From positions 1-25,849 of the IMG/VR virus record IMGVR_UViG_3300023214_000280: DNA of 25,849 bases, one strand, 5' to 3'. Position numbers and translations under genes: made by a program. The notes beneath the pieces were generated by a model. The model did not search any database, had not been told where the DNA came from, and saw nothing but the letters and a program-made list of their open reading frames with translations. Of this stretch, positions 16,202-25,575 are shown in pieces (within the stretch, counting starts at the first letter, position 1; every line of letters begins with the position of its first letter). This DNA comes from a virus. Lineage: Duplodnaviria; Caudoviricetes.

Positions 16202-17632
16202 TTATCCCTTTAGCGACGCCGGTATCTCAATGAAGTTTAAAAAATCAACTCTAGTGCTAAAACCATTTTCTGAATCAAACTGAAATTCGACGGCTTTCGT
16301 GTAAAAAATGGGATTAAATCGACCAAGAGCGACCGCTAAAGCTCTTGCAACGTCGTTACGGTAGCCTCTTTGAATTAAATAATTTGTCCTGGCTTCGTTG
16401 CTCTCTAGGCGCCTGATTTTCTTTAAATCCCTTTCATCGTCGATTTCTATTCGTAGCGGGGTGCCTATCCTCAGCTTGGTGACATCGAATTCAACCGGGT
16501 TTTGTTCGGTCCCAAATGAGACAATCATGTCTTTGGTTTCCATTTCCCCCTCTAGCTGCTGTCTTCCAAGCTCCTCAAAAACGCTCTCGCCAATGGCCTG
16601 GAGTTGCTCAAAGCTTTTCACGTTTGGAACAAGAAAGCTTAAATAAGGTGCTGGTTCAGCTTCGACCTCTTTTCCCCTCGTGTCGAGTTTCGTTAGTTTT
16701 ACCTCTTGCTGCAAAACCCCTATCCTGCGGGCAAACGCATCGGAGGCTTGTTCCGGGATTTTAACCAAGATCATCTGCTTATTGTCAAAATCGAACGCTC
16801 TCACCGCCACGTTGAACTCTTGGACCCGTCCTACTTTTCTCTTGTAGCTCAACTTCTTTAGGTTCTTCCCAAAAATAAACTGTTTGGCCTGTGTGGCGTC
16901 ATAAAGTGCTCTTGGCTTCGTTATGATTAACTTGTCCAGCTCGATATACGCAATCAAGCCGACAGACCGAGCAAGTGACTGTATGGCGTCCCAATAACTT
17001 TCCTTTTTCTTTGTATTCCTTTGCCCCGAGGTCTTTTCGTGGTCTTTTGCGTCTTTAGCGAGCACAGGTAAATCTTCACCTGTTCTATTGACCACTTCGA
17101 TGTCTTGGGTTTGTGGAAGCTCAGACAAAAGGTCGGAAATGATTAAATCAACAGGCCTGCGAAGTAACAAAGGCCCTTTAGCTCTTCCTTCTTGCTCAAA
17201 ACCTTTTTGAGACTGCGTAAAATATGGTTGATCCACGAGTAAAGACGTGAAATCCCGCCCCGAGAATTTAACCGTCCGAGAGCTGTCATCAAAGCGAATC
17301 GTCTCCTCGTCAACAAACCCTAAAAAGAGAATCTCGTCCTGGGAGGGCTCAAGTCGTGTTCTGTTGCCGTCTCTATCAAATAGAGATCCCATGTCTTGGA
17401 CATGAATGGTTACGCCGATTGAACGCAAAGACCGCGGATCGAAAGGAAAATTCTTATAATCTATTTCGCAACTAAATTTGTCTGCTTCTGTGTAATCGTT
17501 GATGTTAACCGTAAGCTGCCGTGGATTTACTCGAATGACCGTTTGTTTTGATAAAAGAGGATCGTTTTCGTCTCCAAATGTTTCCCAGCGAACCCTTAAA
17601 GTAATGGCTGCTTGTGGGTAATAGACACCCAT
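16202..17632 (-). CDS. Baseplate hub protein (P2 gpD/Mu gp44-like)
   Basis: EADKFSCEI, LFLGFVDE and VKFSGRDFTSLLVD. Lies between the LysM and spike genes. Confidence 0.8.
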   Translation of the reverse strand: MGVYYPQAAITLRVRWETFGDENDPLLSKQTVIRVNPRQLTVNINDYTEADKFSCEIDYKNFPFDPRSLRSIGVTIHVQDMGSLFDRDGNRTRLEPSQDEILFLGFVDEETIRFDDSSRTVKFSGRDFTSLLVDQPYFTQSQKGFEQEGRAKGPLLLRRPVDLIISDLLSELPQTQDIEVVNRTGEDLPVLAKDAKDHEKTSGQRNTKKKESYWDAIQSLARSVGLIAYIELDKLIITKPRALYDATQAKQFIFGKNLKKLSYKRKVGRVQEFNVAVRAFDFDNKQMILVKIPEQASDAFARRIGVLQQEVKLTKLDTRGKEVEAEPAPYLSFLVPNVKSFEQLQAIGESVFEELGRQQLEGEMETKDMIVSFGTEQNPVEFDVTKLRIGTPLRIEIDDERDLKKIRRLESNEARTNYLIQRGYRNDVARALAVALGRFNPIFYTKAVEFQFDSENGFSTRVDFLNFIEIPASLKG

Positions 17633-17633
17633 T

Positions 17634-18773
17634 TCACAGCCTCGGAATCTCTAGGATTGACCCAAGGCTCAAAGCCGTCGTGGTTAGATTGTTATGATCG
17701 AAAATCTTCTTCCACTGATCCGCATTTCCATAAAAACGTGTCGCAAGGTTTTGCAAGGTGTCGCCATCTTGAACGAGATGCCTTTGAAGTGGCACTGTCT
17801 GCGAAATAGCTTCAAATTGAGCTTGTAGCCTGACTAGTGGGTCCATCAGTTCGGCTTGTGCGCTAAATCTCTCGGCGAGAAAAGACACTGTGACTGTTTC
17901 CTCAACAATATCTCTTTGCGGTATGCTATACGACGTTAGACCAAGCCGTCTTCTGTATTGATGCAGTTTTGTCCTAGCGTTTCTAGTGATCCCGATTGCT
18001 CGCACAATCGAATTGTCGACATCCTCCCGAGCCTGAAACAGAGCGTCCATAAAGGAAGTAACCGAGTTTATCGGCGTTGCTACAAATTCAGAGAAAAGAC
18101 CGCTGAATCTCTCAAATATCGTCTGGCTCATTAAAATTGGCTTCGTCTGATTGGCCAACTGTTCTTCTTGTAGCCTAGCGATTAAGTCTTCGTTCACGTC
18201 GAAAGGCAGCTCTTTTGTAGAAGACACCAGGTTTTGATTTGTTGGAAGTGTCAGACCAATGATCGAAAATTCGACTTCATAGTCTAAATCTCCAAGCGTA
18301 CGGAGAGGGAATCTTGCTGTTTCGATATAGCCATAGCGTACAAACTCACCGAGCGAGATTTTAACGAGATTTCCCTTAAATCTCATATTGTCTATTTTTT
18401 GGGCTAACTCAAAACTGGCACCATATAAACTTGGATCTTTCAATCTCTTGTCGTAAAGCCGACCCCGGATTCTTATCGGTGCTTCTCTTGGCCCCAGGAC
18501 TTGGACTGTGGGCTCGGGATTGCCTGGGTAAAAATCTTTGACGACTTTTTGTTCTCCGCCGATACCCTGAAAAGGCCTGAAAGGCATTTGATTTCCGATA
18601 AGCTGGACCCTCTCGCCTTCGGCTCCGCTATCTAATATTTCGACAAAATTAAAACCACCGGCGAAGTCTTGAACTCTTGGAGACTGAATCTTTCTATCAA
18701 AAGGCCGCGAGATTCGCTCTTGAAGTCGGTCAAGACTCTCTGATGTCGTGTTGATGTCTTTAAGAATAGCCAT
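17634..18773 (-). CDS. Tail tube initiator-like protein with C-terminal LysM domain
   Basis: HLVQDGDTLQNLATRFYGNADQWKKIFDHNNL...LSLGSILEIP is a LysM domain. The N-terminal YPGNPEPTVQVLGP region is gpU-like. Follows the tape measure gene. Confidence 0.82.
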   Translation of the reverse strand: MAILKDINTTSESLDRLQERISRPFDRKIQSPRVQDFAGGFNFVEILDSGAEGERVQLIGNQMPFRPFQGIGGEQKVVKDFYPGNPEPTVQVLGPREAPIRIRGRLYDKRLKDPSLYGASFELAQKIDNMRFKGNLVKISLGEFVRYGYIETARFPLRTLGDLDYEVEFSIIGLTLPTNQNLVSSTKELPFDVNEDLIARLQEEQLANQTKPILMSQTIFERFSGLFSEFVATPINSVTSFMDALFQAREDVDNSIVRAIGITRNARTKLHQYRRRLGLTSYSIPQRDIVEETVTVSFLAERFSAQAELMDPLVRLQAQFEAISQTVPLQRHLVQDGDTLQNLATRFYGNADQWKKIFDHNNLTTTALSLGSILEIPRL

Positions 18774-20644
18774 TACTGGGAGAAAGCCCCTTCAAAAGAT
18801 CGGTTTACGCTTTGAGTAGGATTTCTAGCAAGGTCTAGAAGCTGTTGCTGGACGGTAAAAGCAATTCTGTCAGGCTCGATCTGCTCTTTGAAATCCTGCT
18901 TGATCGTAACGCTTCCAATGTTGACGACGTTATTGGCTACTGGGGCAATGTCTGGGTCAAACCCAGCAACTCCCGACAGAAACCGCCGGTTTTTATCAAA
19001 AATATCCTCGGCTCCGGCAACAAACGCGTCTCCCAAACCTGAAAAAGAAAGGGGCTCTAAACTGAATTCTCTAATCGCCGCAAATATCTGCCTTCCAGCT
19101 TCTAAGATCGTAAAGACTAATCCTTGAAAGGCAGCCTGCGCCAATACAGACGCTAAACCGAGCTGTTCAAAAAGGTCTGTGATTAGGGTCAATGCTGGAA
19201 TGACGATACTTTCGAGCAAGAAAGCTTGAGAGAAAAGCGGCGAGATAAAGTCCGCCAACGCATCAATCACCCTCGTGATGGGACTAATGATTGCGGCAAC
19301 CGCTAATCTGAACTTTTCTAAAATTGGAGCTAAAGCAGCCAGCACTCTGGGCAATGCCTCGGCATCTCGTACCTTCGCAATCGCTATGGCCCTTGAAAAT
19401 ACCTGGAAAAGACCAAATATGGCAGCCAAAGGAACAAAAATTCTCGACAGGAAAACTGTGATTTGGCCAAAAATAGTCGTCACCTTAGTGAAAACAAACA
19501 GTTTTGTGGCCACAGCTTCGACAGCCGTACCTATGACCCCTAATGGCTTTAAAATAGCGTTCAAGGCTCCACCAACAATAGGAATTCTCAGTGCAAGGGC
19601 TGCTAGTGCGTTTGCAAAAACAAGGATCGACCCAACAGTAAATAGCGTGCCTGTTGCCGATACGTCTCGGCCAAGCCTTTGAAGTTGTAAAAGATTAACG
19701 ATCAGTTGCCTAGGCGACTCTAGAAGGTCCTCCACGATAGCAGAAAGGGCCCTTGCGACGGTTCTTCCTTCGGTGTTAAGGCGATTGCCGATTTCGGTCA
19801 AAGTCCTGATTAGAGGGCCTCTAATAGCGTCACCGATTGGTCTCAAAATACCGTTCAAACCAAACAAAATATTTTTGATCCTTTGAAATTGACCGCTCAA
19901 ACTGCTGATCTGACCGCTCACAACGTCGGCATCAGAGCCAAACTGTAATAAGCCGTCTCGAAGCCTTTCGACACGTTCTTGAATCGGCAATACATTAAAT
20001 CGCCTAGCTGAATCCGCACCCCTTAGGTCTGAAAAAGCCGCCGTCTCCCCTACAAGTCGCCTAAAAAGAGGATCTCCTGTGCCCGCAGCGCCTTCAATCG
20101 CACGCAAAAGCTGCCCACCAACAAGCCCAGGGGATACGCCCAAAGTCGGAGCTGATTTCAACAAACCTCGACTAATGTCTAGTGCTGTTTGGAAATTTGG
20201 CCCAACAAGACCCTTTGGAGCTAAAATCGCACTTAAATTCTTGGTAAACTCTGTTAACTCCCCCTCGGGAAGAGCGAATTTTTCGGCTGTCTCGGATATC
20301 CTCGTTAAAAGCGACTGACTGACTAAAAGTCGTTCGTTGAAAGTATCAACGCTGCCAGTGAAGGCCTCTTTATTTGCTGACAAGATGTTTGCAAATTGTA
20401 GTTGTGTGGCGTTGAAACGCTCAGAGGCCTGAACAGCCTTCCCAAGAAGCCCTAATATTCCTGCCTGACCTAGGCCAAGTTGAGCAGCAAGGCCAATTCC
20501 TAGGCGCTGAAAGCTTAATAAAGCATTATCAGCCGCACTGGATAAGTTGTTCGCTGACCTTTCAAGAGCGTTGGCGTTGGCAATCGCCGTACTTGTTTCA
20601 AAGGAAAATACCGAAAGAACTCTGAAGACTGTCGGTGCTGCCAT
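18773..20644 (-). CDS. Tail tape measure protein
   Basis: 623 aa, Ala/Leu-rich helical with hydrophobic stretches, immediately after the chaperone frameshift product. Confidence 0.85.
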   Translation of the reverse strand: MAAPTVFRVLSVFSFETSTAIANANALERSANNLSSAADNALLSFQRLGIGLAAQLGLGQAGILGLLGKAVQASERFNATQLQFANILSANKEAFTGSVDTFNERLLVSQSLLTRISETAEKFALPEGELTEFTKNLSAILAPKGLVGPNFQTALDISRGLLKSAPTLGVSPGLVGGQLLRAIEGAAGTGDPLFRRLVGETAAFSDLRGADSARRFNVLPIQERVERLRDGLLQFGSDADVVSGQISSLSGQFQRIKNILFGLNGILRPIGDAIRGPLIRTLTEIGNRLNTEGRTVARALSAIVEDLLESPRQLIVNLLQLQRLGRDVSATGTLFTVGSILVFANALAALALRIPIVGGALNAILKPLGVIGTAVEAVATKLFVFTKVTTIFGQITVFLSRIFVPLAAIFGLFQVFSRAIAIAKVRDAEALPRVLAALAPILEKFRLAVAAIISPITRVIDALADFISPLFSQAFLLESIVIPALTLITDLFEQLGLASVLAQAAFQGLVFTILEAGRQIFAAIREFSLEPLSFSGLGDAFVAGAEDIFDKNRRFLSGVAGFDPDIAPVANNVVNIGSVTIKQDFKEQIEPDRIAFTVQQQLLDLARNPTQSVNRSFEGAFSQ

Positions 20645-20800
20645 TTACTTACCATTCTCCCTCTTAATGATATTGTTCAGTTCATCTATAAACGTCTTGA
20701 ATTGAAAAATCGTCAACTCAAAGATGTCAGAGGGCCTTAAGCTTGAGTATCTTGCGACGTAGGCGATTTGTCGCCAGAGTCGAGCCTCACCAGCTCGAAC
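20645..20800 (-). CDS. -1 frameshift extension of the tail assembly chaperone (GT-like product, 154 aa total)
   Basis: The -1 frame reads VRAGEARLWRQIAYVARYSSLRPSDIFELTIFQFKTFIDELNNIIKRENGK and stops at 20645-20647, abutting the tape measure ATG. Confidence 0.85.
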   Translation of the reverse strand, partial: VRAGEARLWRQIAYVARYSSLRPSDIFELTIFQFKTFIDELNNIIKRENGK

Positions 20801-21108
20801 TTTGGGTCAAAAACCTCTTCACCCGTCAAAGAACTTACTGCACGCATAGATTGGTTATATTCAGTCAATGTCAGCAGCGCCCCAAGATCTTCTTTTTCTG
20901 GTCCAGTAAGCTTTTTTTGGTCGATCTGGACGAGTAACACTTTTAACATGGCCTCTTGAAATCGAGATCCTAAAGCGAGCTTATTTTCTGAATCATTGGG
21001 TCCAACCATTTGAATCGCCATTTTTTGGTCTTTTACCTGCGGATCTTTCAAATAGATCGCTTTGCCAGACTTTAAAACTACTTTGTGGACGTTTAACATT
21101 TCAGCCAT
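20737..21108 (-). CDS. Tail assembly chaperone (G-like)
   Basis: Between the tube and tape measure genes and contains a slippery heptamer. Confidence 0.85.
   Translation of the reverse strand: MAEMLNVHKVVLKSGKAIYLKDPQVKDQKMAIQMVGPNDSENKLALGSRFQEAMLKVLLVQIDQKKLTGPEKEDLGALLTLTEYNQSMRAVSSLTGEEVFDPKFELVRLDSGDKSPTSQDTQA
20800..20806 (-). other. Programmed -1 ribosomal frameshift site C CCA AAG
   Basis: X XXY YYZ heptamer in the correct phase (GAC CCA AAG). The -1 frame opens right at this site, after a TGA. Confidence 0.85.
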
Positions 21109-21120
21109 TATTTACCCCTG

Positions 21121-21552
21121 TTAACCCTCTACGGCTCGTCTCCCGGCAGCTTGGAACTCGTAGGTCTTTGTTATTTTTTGAGTCGATCCGGGCAACCTCT
21201 TGGATAGCCGAAACTGAAGGTCGAAGTAAACATAGCTTTTTGACCGACCGTCGGTGTAAAACTCACTCAATACGAATGAGTAATCACTAATTCCAATCCC
21301 GGCCAAATTGTTATTCTCTAATGCTTCCATAAACTCGTCGATTTCCGGTCCTTTGGTTTCCATTTCAATCGTCCCAGAATAGCCGTCGATTGATTGATCG
21401 CCTTCAGGAAACCTCTGACCAACAAAGAAACTACGTTGGAACGTCGAATCTTGGTTCACGTCTGCTGAAGTGATTGTGAAAATATTCACGGGGTCGCCAT
21501 TATCAAATATGGTCAAGGTCCCGTTGTGACCTCTAATACTTGGTGTTGCCAT
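21121..21552 (-). CDS. Tail tube protein
   Basis: 143-aa beta-rich protein directly downstream of the sheath gene. TAATG coupling. Confidence 0.8.
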   Translation of the reverse strand: MATPSIRGHNGTLTIFDNGDPVNIFTITSADVNQDSTFQRSFFVGQRFPEGDQSIDGYSGTIEMETKGPEIDEFMEALENNNLAGIGISDYSFVLSEFYTDGRSKSYVYFDLQFRLSKRLPGSTQKITKTYEFQAAGRRAVEG

Positions 21553-23012
21553 TATTCACCCTCCGTAACGACTACTGATTGACCGATTTCTGCCTGCAAA
21601 ACAATAAACCGCATCGAGCTGAAGATTCTTTGCTTCCAAAGCACCTTGAAAAATCCCAATGCAATCGATTGATCTGTGTTTAAAGTTTCGACATCGATTA
21701 GCTTTGCTTTCCCACCGCTGACTTCTTCATCAGAAGGTAGAAGACCGTCTCTTTCCGATCTCGTCACAAAATCTCTGATTGCAGCGCCAATGGCCAATCT
21801 GTTTCTGCGATTGTTGACCGCATTTTGGTAATTCTTTAGAAAAAACCCAGCCGAATTTGTTAAAAAGTCGGCCATTCTTCGCCTGAGAACTTGCGTTTTA
21901 GAAGAATTCGAAATTTGTGTGACAACCCCACTTTTTACCTTCGGGCCAATATCCGGGTCGATCTCAAAAGCACTGACACCAGCGTCTTTTAACTGAATGT
22001 AGTCACTGTTTGACAGCGTCCTTTTAAGCTTTATAATCCCGCCTAAAAATTGAGTGTTCACAGAAGAAGCCGGGTCAATATTCGGCGCTGTCTGAGAAAT
22101 TACCGCCGCATACCAACTGGCCGGGCTTTGAAACGTCAACGACGACCCAATCAATGTCTGGACCCAAGGGTAAGCATAGATGATTCTCCCGTCTGAGTCC
22201 CTGTGATTTGCCACGTCGGAGATGACCGCGTCTTTATCATCGTTTTCAGCCCCGGCTAGTATTACCATTTTGTCTTGGGTGGCTGCTGCGTGAAGCTCAA
22301 GCTTGTTCCTTCTAGCGGCATTGTAAGAATCTAAGAAAAGGACATTTGCTGATTTCGGAGCTGCAAAATCATCGATTGCGTTTTCGTACGCCGTATCTGC
22401 AAGGGTTCCGTCTGATCCAGTGGCTAAATTCGTCGCCGCAATAACGACGGGCTCATTTGCCGAAACTGGACTTTGCACCAATACGTCGACCATTAAGGAA
22501 GAGGCGAAAATCGCATCGACTTCAGTCTGGTCTTTACTTGCTACCGAGACATTATCAAAAACTTCATCTGACAAAATAGAAGTCGAATTAGTGTCTTTGA
22601 ATGTGTATTTCAAGCCCGTTTCAGTTCCCGTTTCAACGGTAACCGTTATGTTATTCCCATAGGCCCCTTTGGATTTAGCATTTACCGTCAAAACCGCAGC
22701 CGCACCCGAATCATCGAGATCAAGTGTTGCTAAAGCAGCGTCTACAGCGACAGCTCGCCTGATCTTCAAACGTCCGTATCGCTTATTTTTTAAATTCAAA
22801 TTTCCAGAGCGATTCGTCTTTCCAAAAATCTCTTCAAACTGCTGTGTTGAGCCGACCTCAACGATTTCTTCGGGTCCTCGCTCGAAATCACCAACATAAC
22901 CCGCGACGTTTGATGCCACGCCTCGAATCGCTGGGCTTGGTGCCCTCTCATCGATGACGATTTGATCTACATCATCAAATGTCGTCGGATCGTTACTTCT
23001 AAAAATAGCCAT
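21552..23012 (-). CDS. Contractile tail sheath protein
   Basis: IRGVASNVAGYVGDFERGP, FEEIFG, AKSKGAYGNNITV, LATGSDG, YAYPWV and RRRMADFL motifs. Confidence 0.95.
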   Translation of the reverse strand: MAIFRSNDPTTFDDVDQIVIDERAPSPAIRGVASNVAGYVGDFERGPEEIVEVGSTQQFEEIFGKTNRSGNLNLKNKRYGRLKIRRAVAVDAALATLDLDDSGAAAVLTVNAKSKGAYGNNITVTVETGTETGLKYTFKDTNSTSILSDEVFDNVSVASKDQTEVDAIFASSLMVDVLVQSPVSANEPVVIAATNLATGSDGTLADTAYENAIDDFAAPKSANVLFLDSYNAARRNKLELHAAATQDKMVILAGAENDDKDAVISDVANHRDSDGRIIYAYPWVQTLIGSSLTFQSPASWYAAVISQTAPNIDPASSVNTQFLGGIIKLKRTLSNSDYIQLKDAGVSAFEIDPDIGPKVKSGVVTQISNSSKTQVLRRRMADFLTNSAGFFLKNYQNAVNNRRNRLAIGAAIRDFVTRSERDGLLPSDEEVSGGKAKLIDVETLNTDQSIALGFFKVLWKQRIFSSMRFIVLQAEIGQSVVVTEGE

Positions 23013-23590
23013 TATTGAATGTCCTCCTCCGTTATGTTGACCTCTCCTGTATCGTTAACCATTGTCGATACGATCGCAAATTCTTTTTTCTCCACAACGC
23101 CCAGTGTATCCGCTGTCATCTCTATTGTAGCCCGTCTTTCCCGACGCTGCGACGCACCCTCTGTATCACTAAGACGATAATTCGTGATGAAATAATGAGC
23201 CGTGAGGCCGAAATACCCGTTCATCTTCAAGTTTATTCCCTGAGGCTCGACGTTTTGATTGAGCGCAAAAAACGCATCTTCAAAAAGTTCGTGGCGCTCT
23301 TTCTTTGACGCACCCCATAGATCCAACTGCAAAGGAAACTGATAATTGCCCACCACCCATTTTATTTCAAACTCGTTGTTTGAGTCTGGAACAGGTATTT
23401 CAATTTCAAAAGGGTTTTTCTCTGCTTCAAAAACAGGGTTTAAAGTCAAAATGGACGCACTTGGAACTTTTATTCGTTCATCTGGATTTGGAAAGTCCTC
23501 GTAAACTTCCCTTAAAATAGGCATTTGAACCTTTAGAAAGTCCGCCAAGGTCTCAATAACCTGCTCTGACAGTGACTCTTTAGGACCCAC
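23012..23590 (-). CDS. Tail terminator/completion protein
   Basis: Position upstream of the sheath gene, size, and LQLDLW pattern. Confidence 0.6.
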   Translation of the reverse strand: MGPKESLSEQVIETLADFLKVQMPILREVYEDFPNPDERIKVPSASILTLNPVFEAEKNPFEIEIPVPDSNNEFEIKWVVGNYQFPLQLDLWGASKKERHELFEDAFFALNQNVEPQGINLKMNGYFGLTAHYFITNYRLSDTEGASQRRERRATIEMTADTLGVVEKKEFAIVSTMVNDTGEVNITEEDIQ

Positions 23591-24047
23591 TTAAAAGCTC
23601 TTTCCGGATGTTTCTTAAAATTTCTGGAATCTGTTGCCTTAAAACGGCTTTCGGCTTTATTCCCTCCCGCTCTATTTTTCTTTGGGTACCAATGGCTAAT
23701 TGCCAAACTTCTGGCGAAAAATCAGGGGGTTGTGATGGATCTTGCAAGACTCGCTTTGCCCACGCTAAAAGTGGGCCTATTGGAGGTTTAAAAGGTCTCG
23801 CTCCGAACTCGATGATCGGTGCGTGTGGGGCAAAGTTGCCAATGGCCATCTCTAAATCACCTAATTCCACATCCCAAGATTGAGCATATAACCCAGTATC
23901 AACAGGTGAAGCCCTAATTAAGTCGGGCAAAGATCTTACAAGACCGCGTGCGACAGACCGTTTTTGCTCTTCTATCGTCTTTCTCGCCGCACGACCGCCT
24001 ATCTCTTTGGCAAGATCTTGAATCTTAATGGTTTTAACAACCGGCAT
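23580..24047 (-). CDS. HK97 gp10-like neck/tail-completion protein
   Basis: SPVDTGLYAQSW and NFAPHAPIIEFG. Preferred start is ATG24047 in a TAATG overlap. Confidence 0.8.
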   Translation of the reverse strand: MPVVKTIKIQDLAKEIGGRAARKTIEEQKRSVARGLVRSLPDLIRASPVDTGLYAQSWDVELGDLEMAIGNFAPHAPIIEFGARPFKPPIGPLLAWAKRVLQDPSQPPDFSPEVWQLAIGTQRKIEREGIKPKAVLRQQIPEILRNIRKELLSGS

Positions 24048-24505
24048 TAGACGACTCTTTGTCCTGACCAAATGTCTTCAGAAGAAATTCTTCTGATCTG
24101 AAGATCCCAAGTCAGTTGCTTTTCTTTAATTGAAACCACAGTATAAAACTTCTCGTCTTTTGACCTATTGACGAGTTTGTAGGCCTTCTCGACGCTTCTA
24201 TCGTCTGACTTCGTGTCGATGTCGCTTTCACTCGGAAACTGTCTCTTGGAAATATTCGTCAAAATGATATCGCCTTGTTGAACACCCGCGTTTTCGTCTA
24301 GACGTATGTCGTGGGAGAAATCTTTAATCCCAGGGGTAGGAGAAATCCTTTTTTCGGTGTCCTTGAATTTGCCAGAGCCCGGCTGATCTCCTGACCAACA
24401 TCGAGTAATTAAGAAAATCTCAGCTAAATTAGCTCCAATGTCTTCCCGAATCTTTAGAATCGGGTCAATTCCCTTAAGCAGAGATTTGACAAAGTCACCA
24501 CTCAC
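24047..24505 (-). CDS. Putative head-closure protein
   Basis: Size and position between the adaptor and gp10-like genes. Confidence 0.55.
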   Translation of the reverse strand: MSGDFVKSLLKGIDPILKIREDIGANLAEIFLITRCWSGDQPGSGKFKDTEKRISPTPGIKDFSHDIRLDENAGVQQGDIILTNISKRQFPSESDIDTKSDDRSVEKAYKLVNRSKDEKFYTVVSIKEKQLTWDLQIRRISSEDIWSGQRVV

Positions 24506-24855
24506 GCAATGACACCAATCAAGTTACCACCGGACTTTTTGACAATATCGGTAGTTTCGGCAAGCTCTCTTAGAATCCTTTGCCGTTCTGATCTTAGGGT
24601 AGGCATTTCATCCCTGTTCAGTTTAATGTCTCCGACTCTCTCCGCGCCGATCCGATCAAGTGCACAATCCAGTCTTTCGTCGAGTTTATCGACACGAGAC
24701 AGAAACTTCCGTATTTTCGCCTCTGTCTCGACGTTCAGATTCTTCAACCTGTCGTCGATGATCGAATTGAATAGCACACTACCCGGTTGAACTGATTTCG
24801 CAGGCCAACCGAGAAGTGTCACAACACGACATTTTTCAGCCGATGTTAAGGCCAT
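24502..24855 (-). CDS. Putative head-tail adaptor
   Basis: 117 aa helical protein ending ERVGDIKLN, downstream of the capsid genes. Confidence 0.55.
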   Translation of the reverse strand: MALTSAEKCRVVTLLGWPAKSVQPGSVLFNSIIDDRLKNLNVETEAKIRKFLSRVDKLDERLDCALDRIGAERVGDIKLNRDEMPTLRSERQRILRELAETTDIVKKSGGNLIGVIA

Positions 24856-24908
24856 CTCTTATCCCTGGCTGTGGTGCAAACCCGGGGGCCTTCGATCTTC
24901 CATTGGTT

Positions 24909-25100
24909 TTATTCGCTGGCGCGCTTGGCATTATTGCTTTTGGCGGGCCTTCGTTTCCCTGCACGCTTGGCTGTCCCAAGCTTTGCGGTTTTTTCTGAAA
25001 CGGGTCTCGTTTGTTTTTCGGTTTTCCTAATCCTGGCATTTTTTTCCTTCTTTCTTTGTTCGTCGGCTTTAATTCTGCGCCTGGCAGCCATTATACCCAT
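24909..25100 (-). CDS. Small basic protein after the capsid genes
   Basis: GAGGAG RBS before ATG25100. MGIMAARRRIK... K/R-rich. Confidence 0.6.
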   Translation of the reverse strand: MGIMAARRRIKADEQRKKEKNARIRKTEKQTRPVSEKTAKLGTAKRAGKRRPAKSNNAKRASE

Positions 25101-25112
25101 AATTAGCTCCTC

Positions 25113-25160
25113 AAATAAAAAGGGACCAGCCGAGCGGGAGAGCTTTAGCCGGCCCCTTTA
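25113..25160 (-). terminator. Probable intrinsic terminator after the capsid/decoration genes
   Basis: AAAGGGGCCGGC...GCTGGTCCCTTT stem with two G-U pairs, running into TTTTTATTT. The loop is long (17 nt). Confidence 0.6.
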
Positions 25161-25173
25161 AGTTTACCAAAAA

Positions 25174-25557
25174 TTAGATGTTGGCATAGACGATCTGAGC
25201 ACGGGCAGTCGTCAAAGCGACATTGGTTCCCGCGTCCGTTTCGTCATACACAACATCAAGCTTGGAATCTTTTTCCACAACAGCCGAAACAACCCGCCCG
25301 TCTTTCCAGACGTTTTGAGCAAGGCCGTTTTCTGCGGCTGATCGCGTGTCTAGATCTCCGTGGACAGTACTACCGACCTTCAACTGAATTTCGGCGAAAT
25401 CTGTATCACTGGCAGAAATCGCAGCGCCATTTAATATTGAAAAGTGAAGAATTTTGATTCTTCGCTTAGTCAACATCGCTGGGACTGTTCCGTCTGCACT
25501 GAGCGACCCTAGATCGACCACGAGTGTCTCTGGTGAATTTTCGCTATCTATAGCCAT
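25174..25557 (-). CDS. Putative capsid decoration/cement protein
   Basis: 127-aa beta-rich protein right after the major capsid gene, with AAGGAG RBS and a terminator downstream. Confidence 0.6.
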   Translation of the reverse strand: MAIDSENSPETLVVDLGSLSADGTVPAMLTKRRIKILHFSILNGAAISASDTDFAEIQLKVGSTVHGDLDTRSAAENGLAQNVWKDGRVVSAVVEKDSKLDVVYDETDAGTNVALTTARAQIVYANI

Positions 25558-25575
25558 GTTCTTACTCCTTTAGTC

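Noticed and set aside
13044-23012. Tailocin or eCIS interpretation
   Set aside because: Capsid, decoration and neck genes are co-linear upstream, so this is a head-bearing phage.
24836-25039. Overlapping Pro/Gly-rich ORF starting after an A7 run (possible +1 shift from the basic protein)
   Set aside because: Low complexity, no recognisable motif, and it overlaps both neighbours. The 25100 ORF has the clear RBS.
3823-25161. Numerous plus-strand ORFs within the late region
   Set aside because: Antisense shadows of well-supported minus-strand genes.
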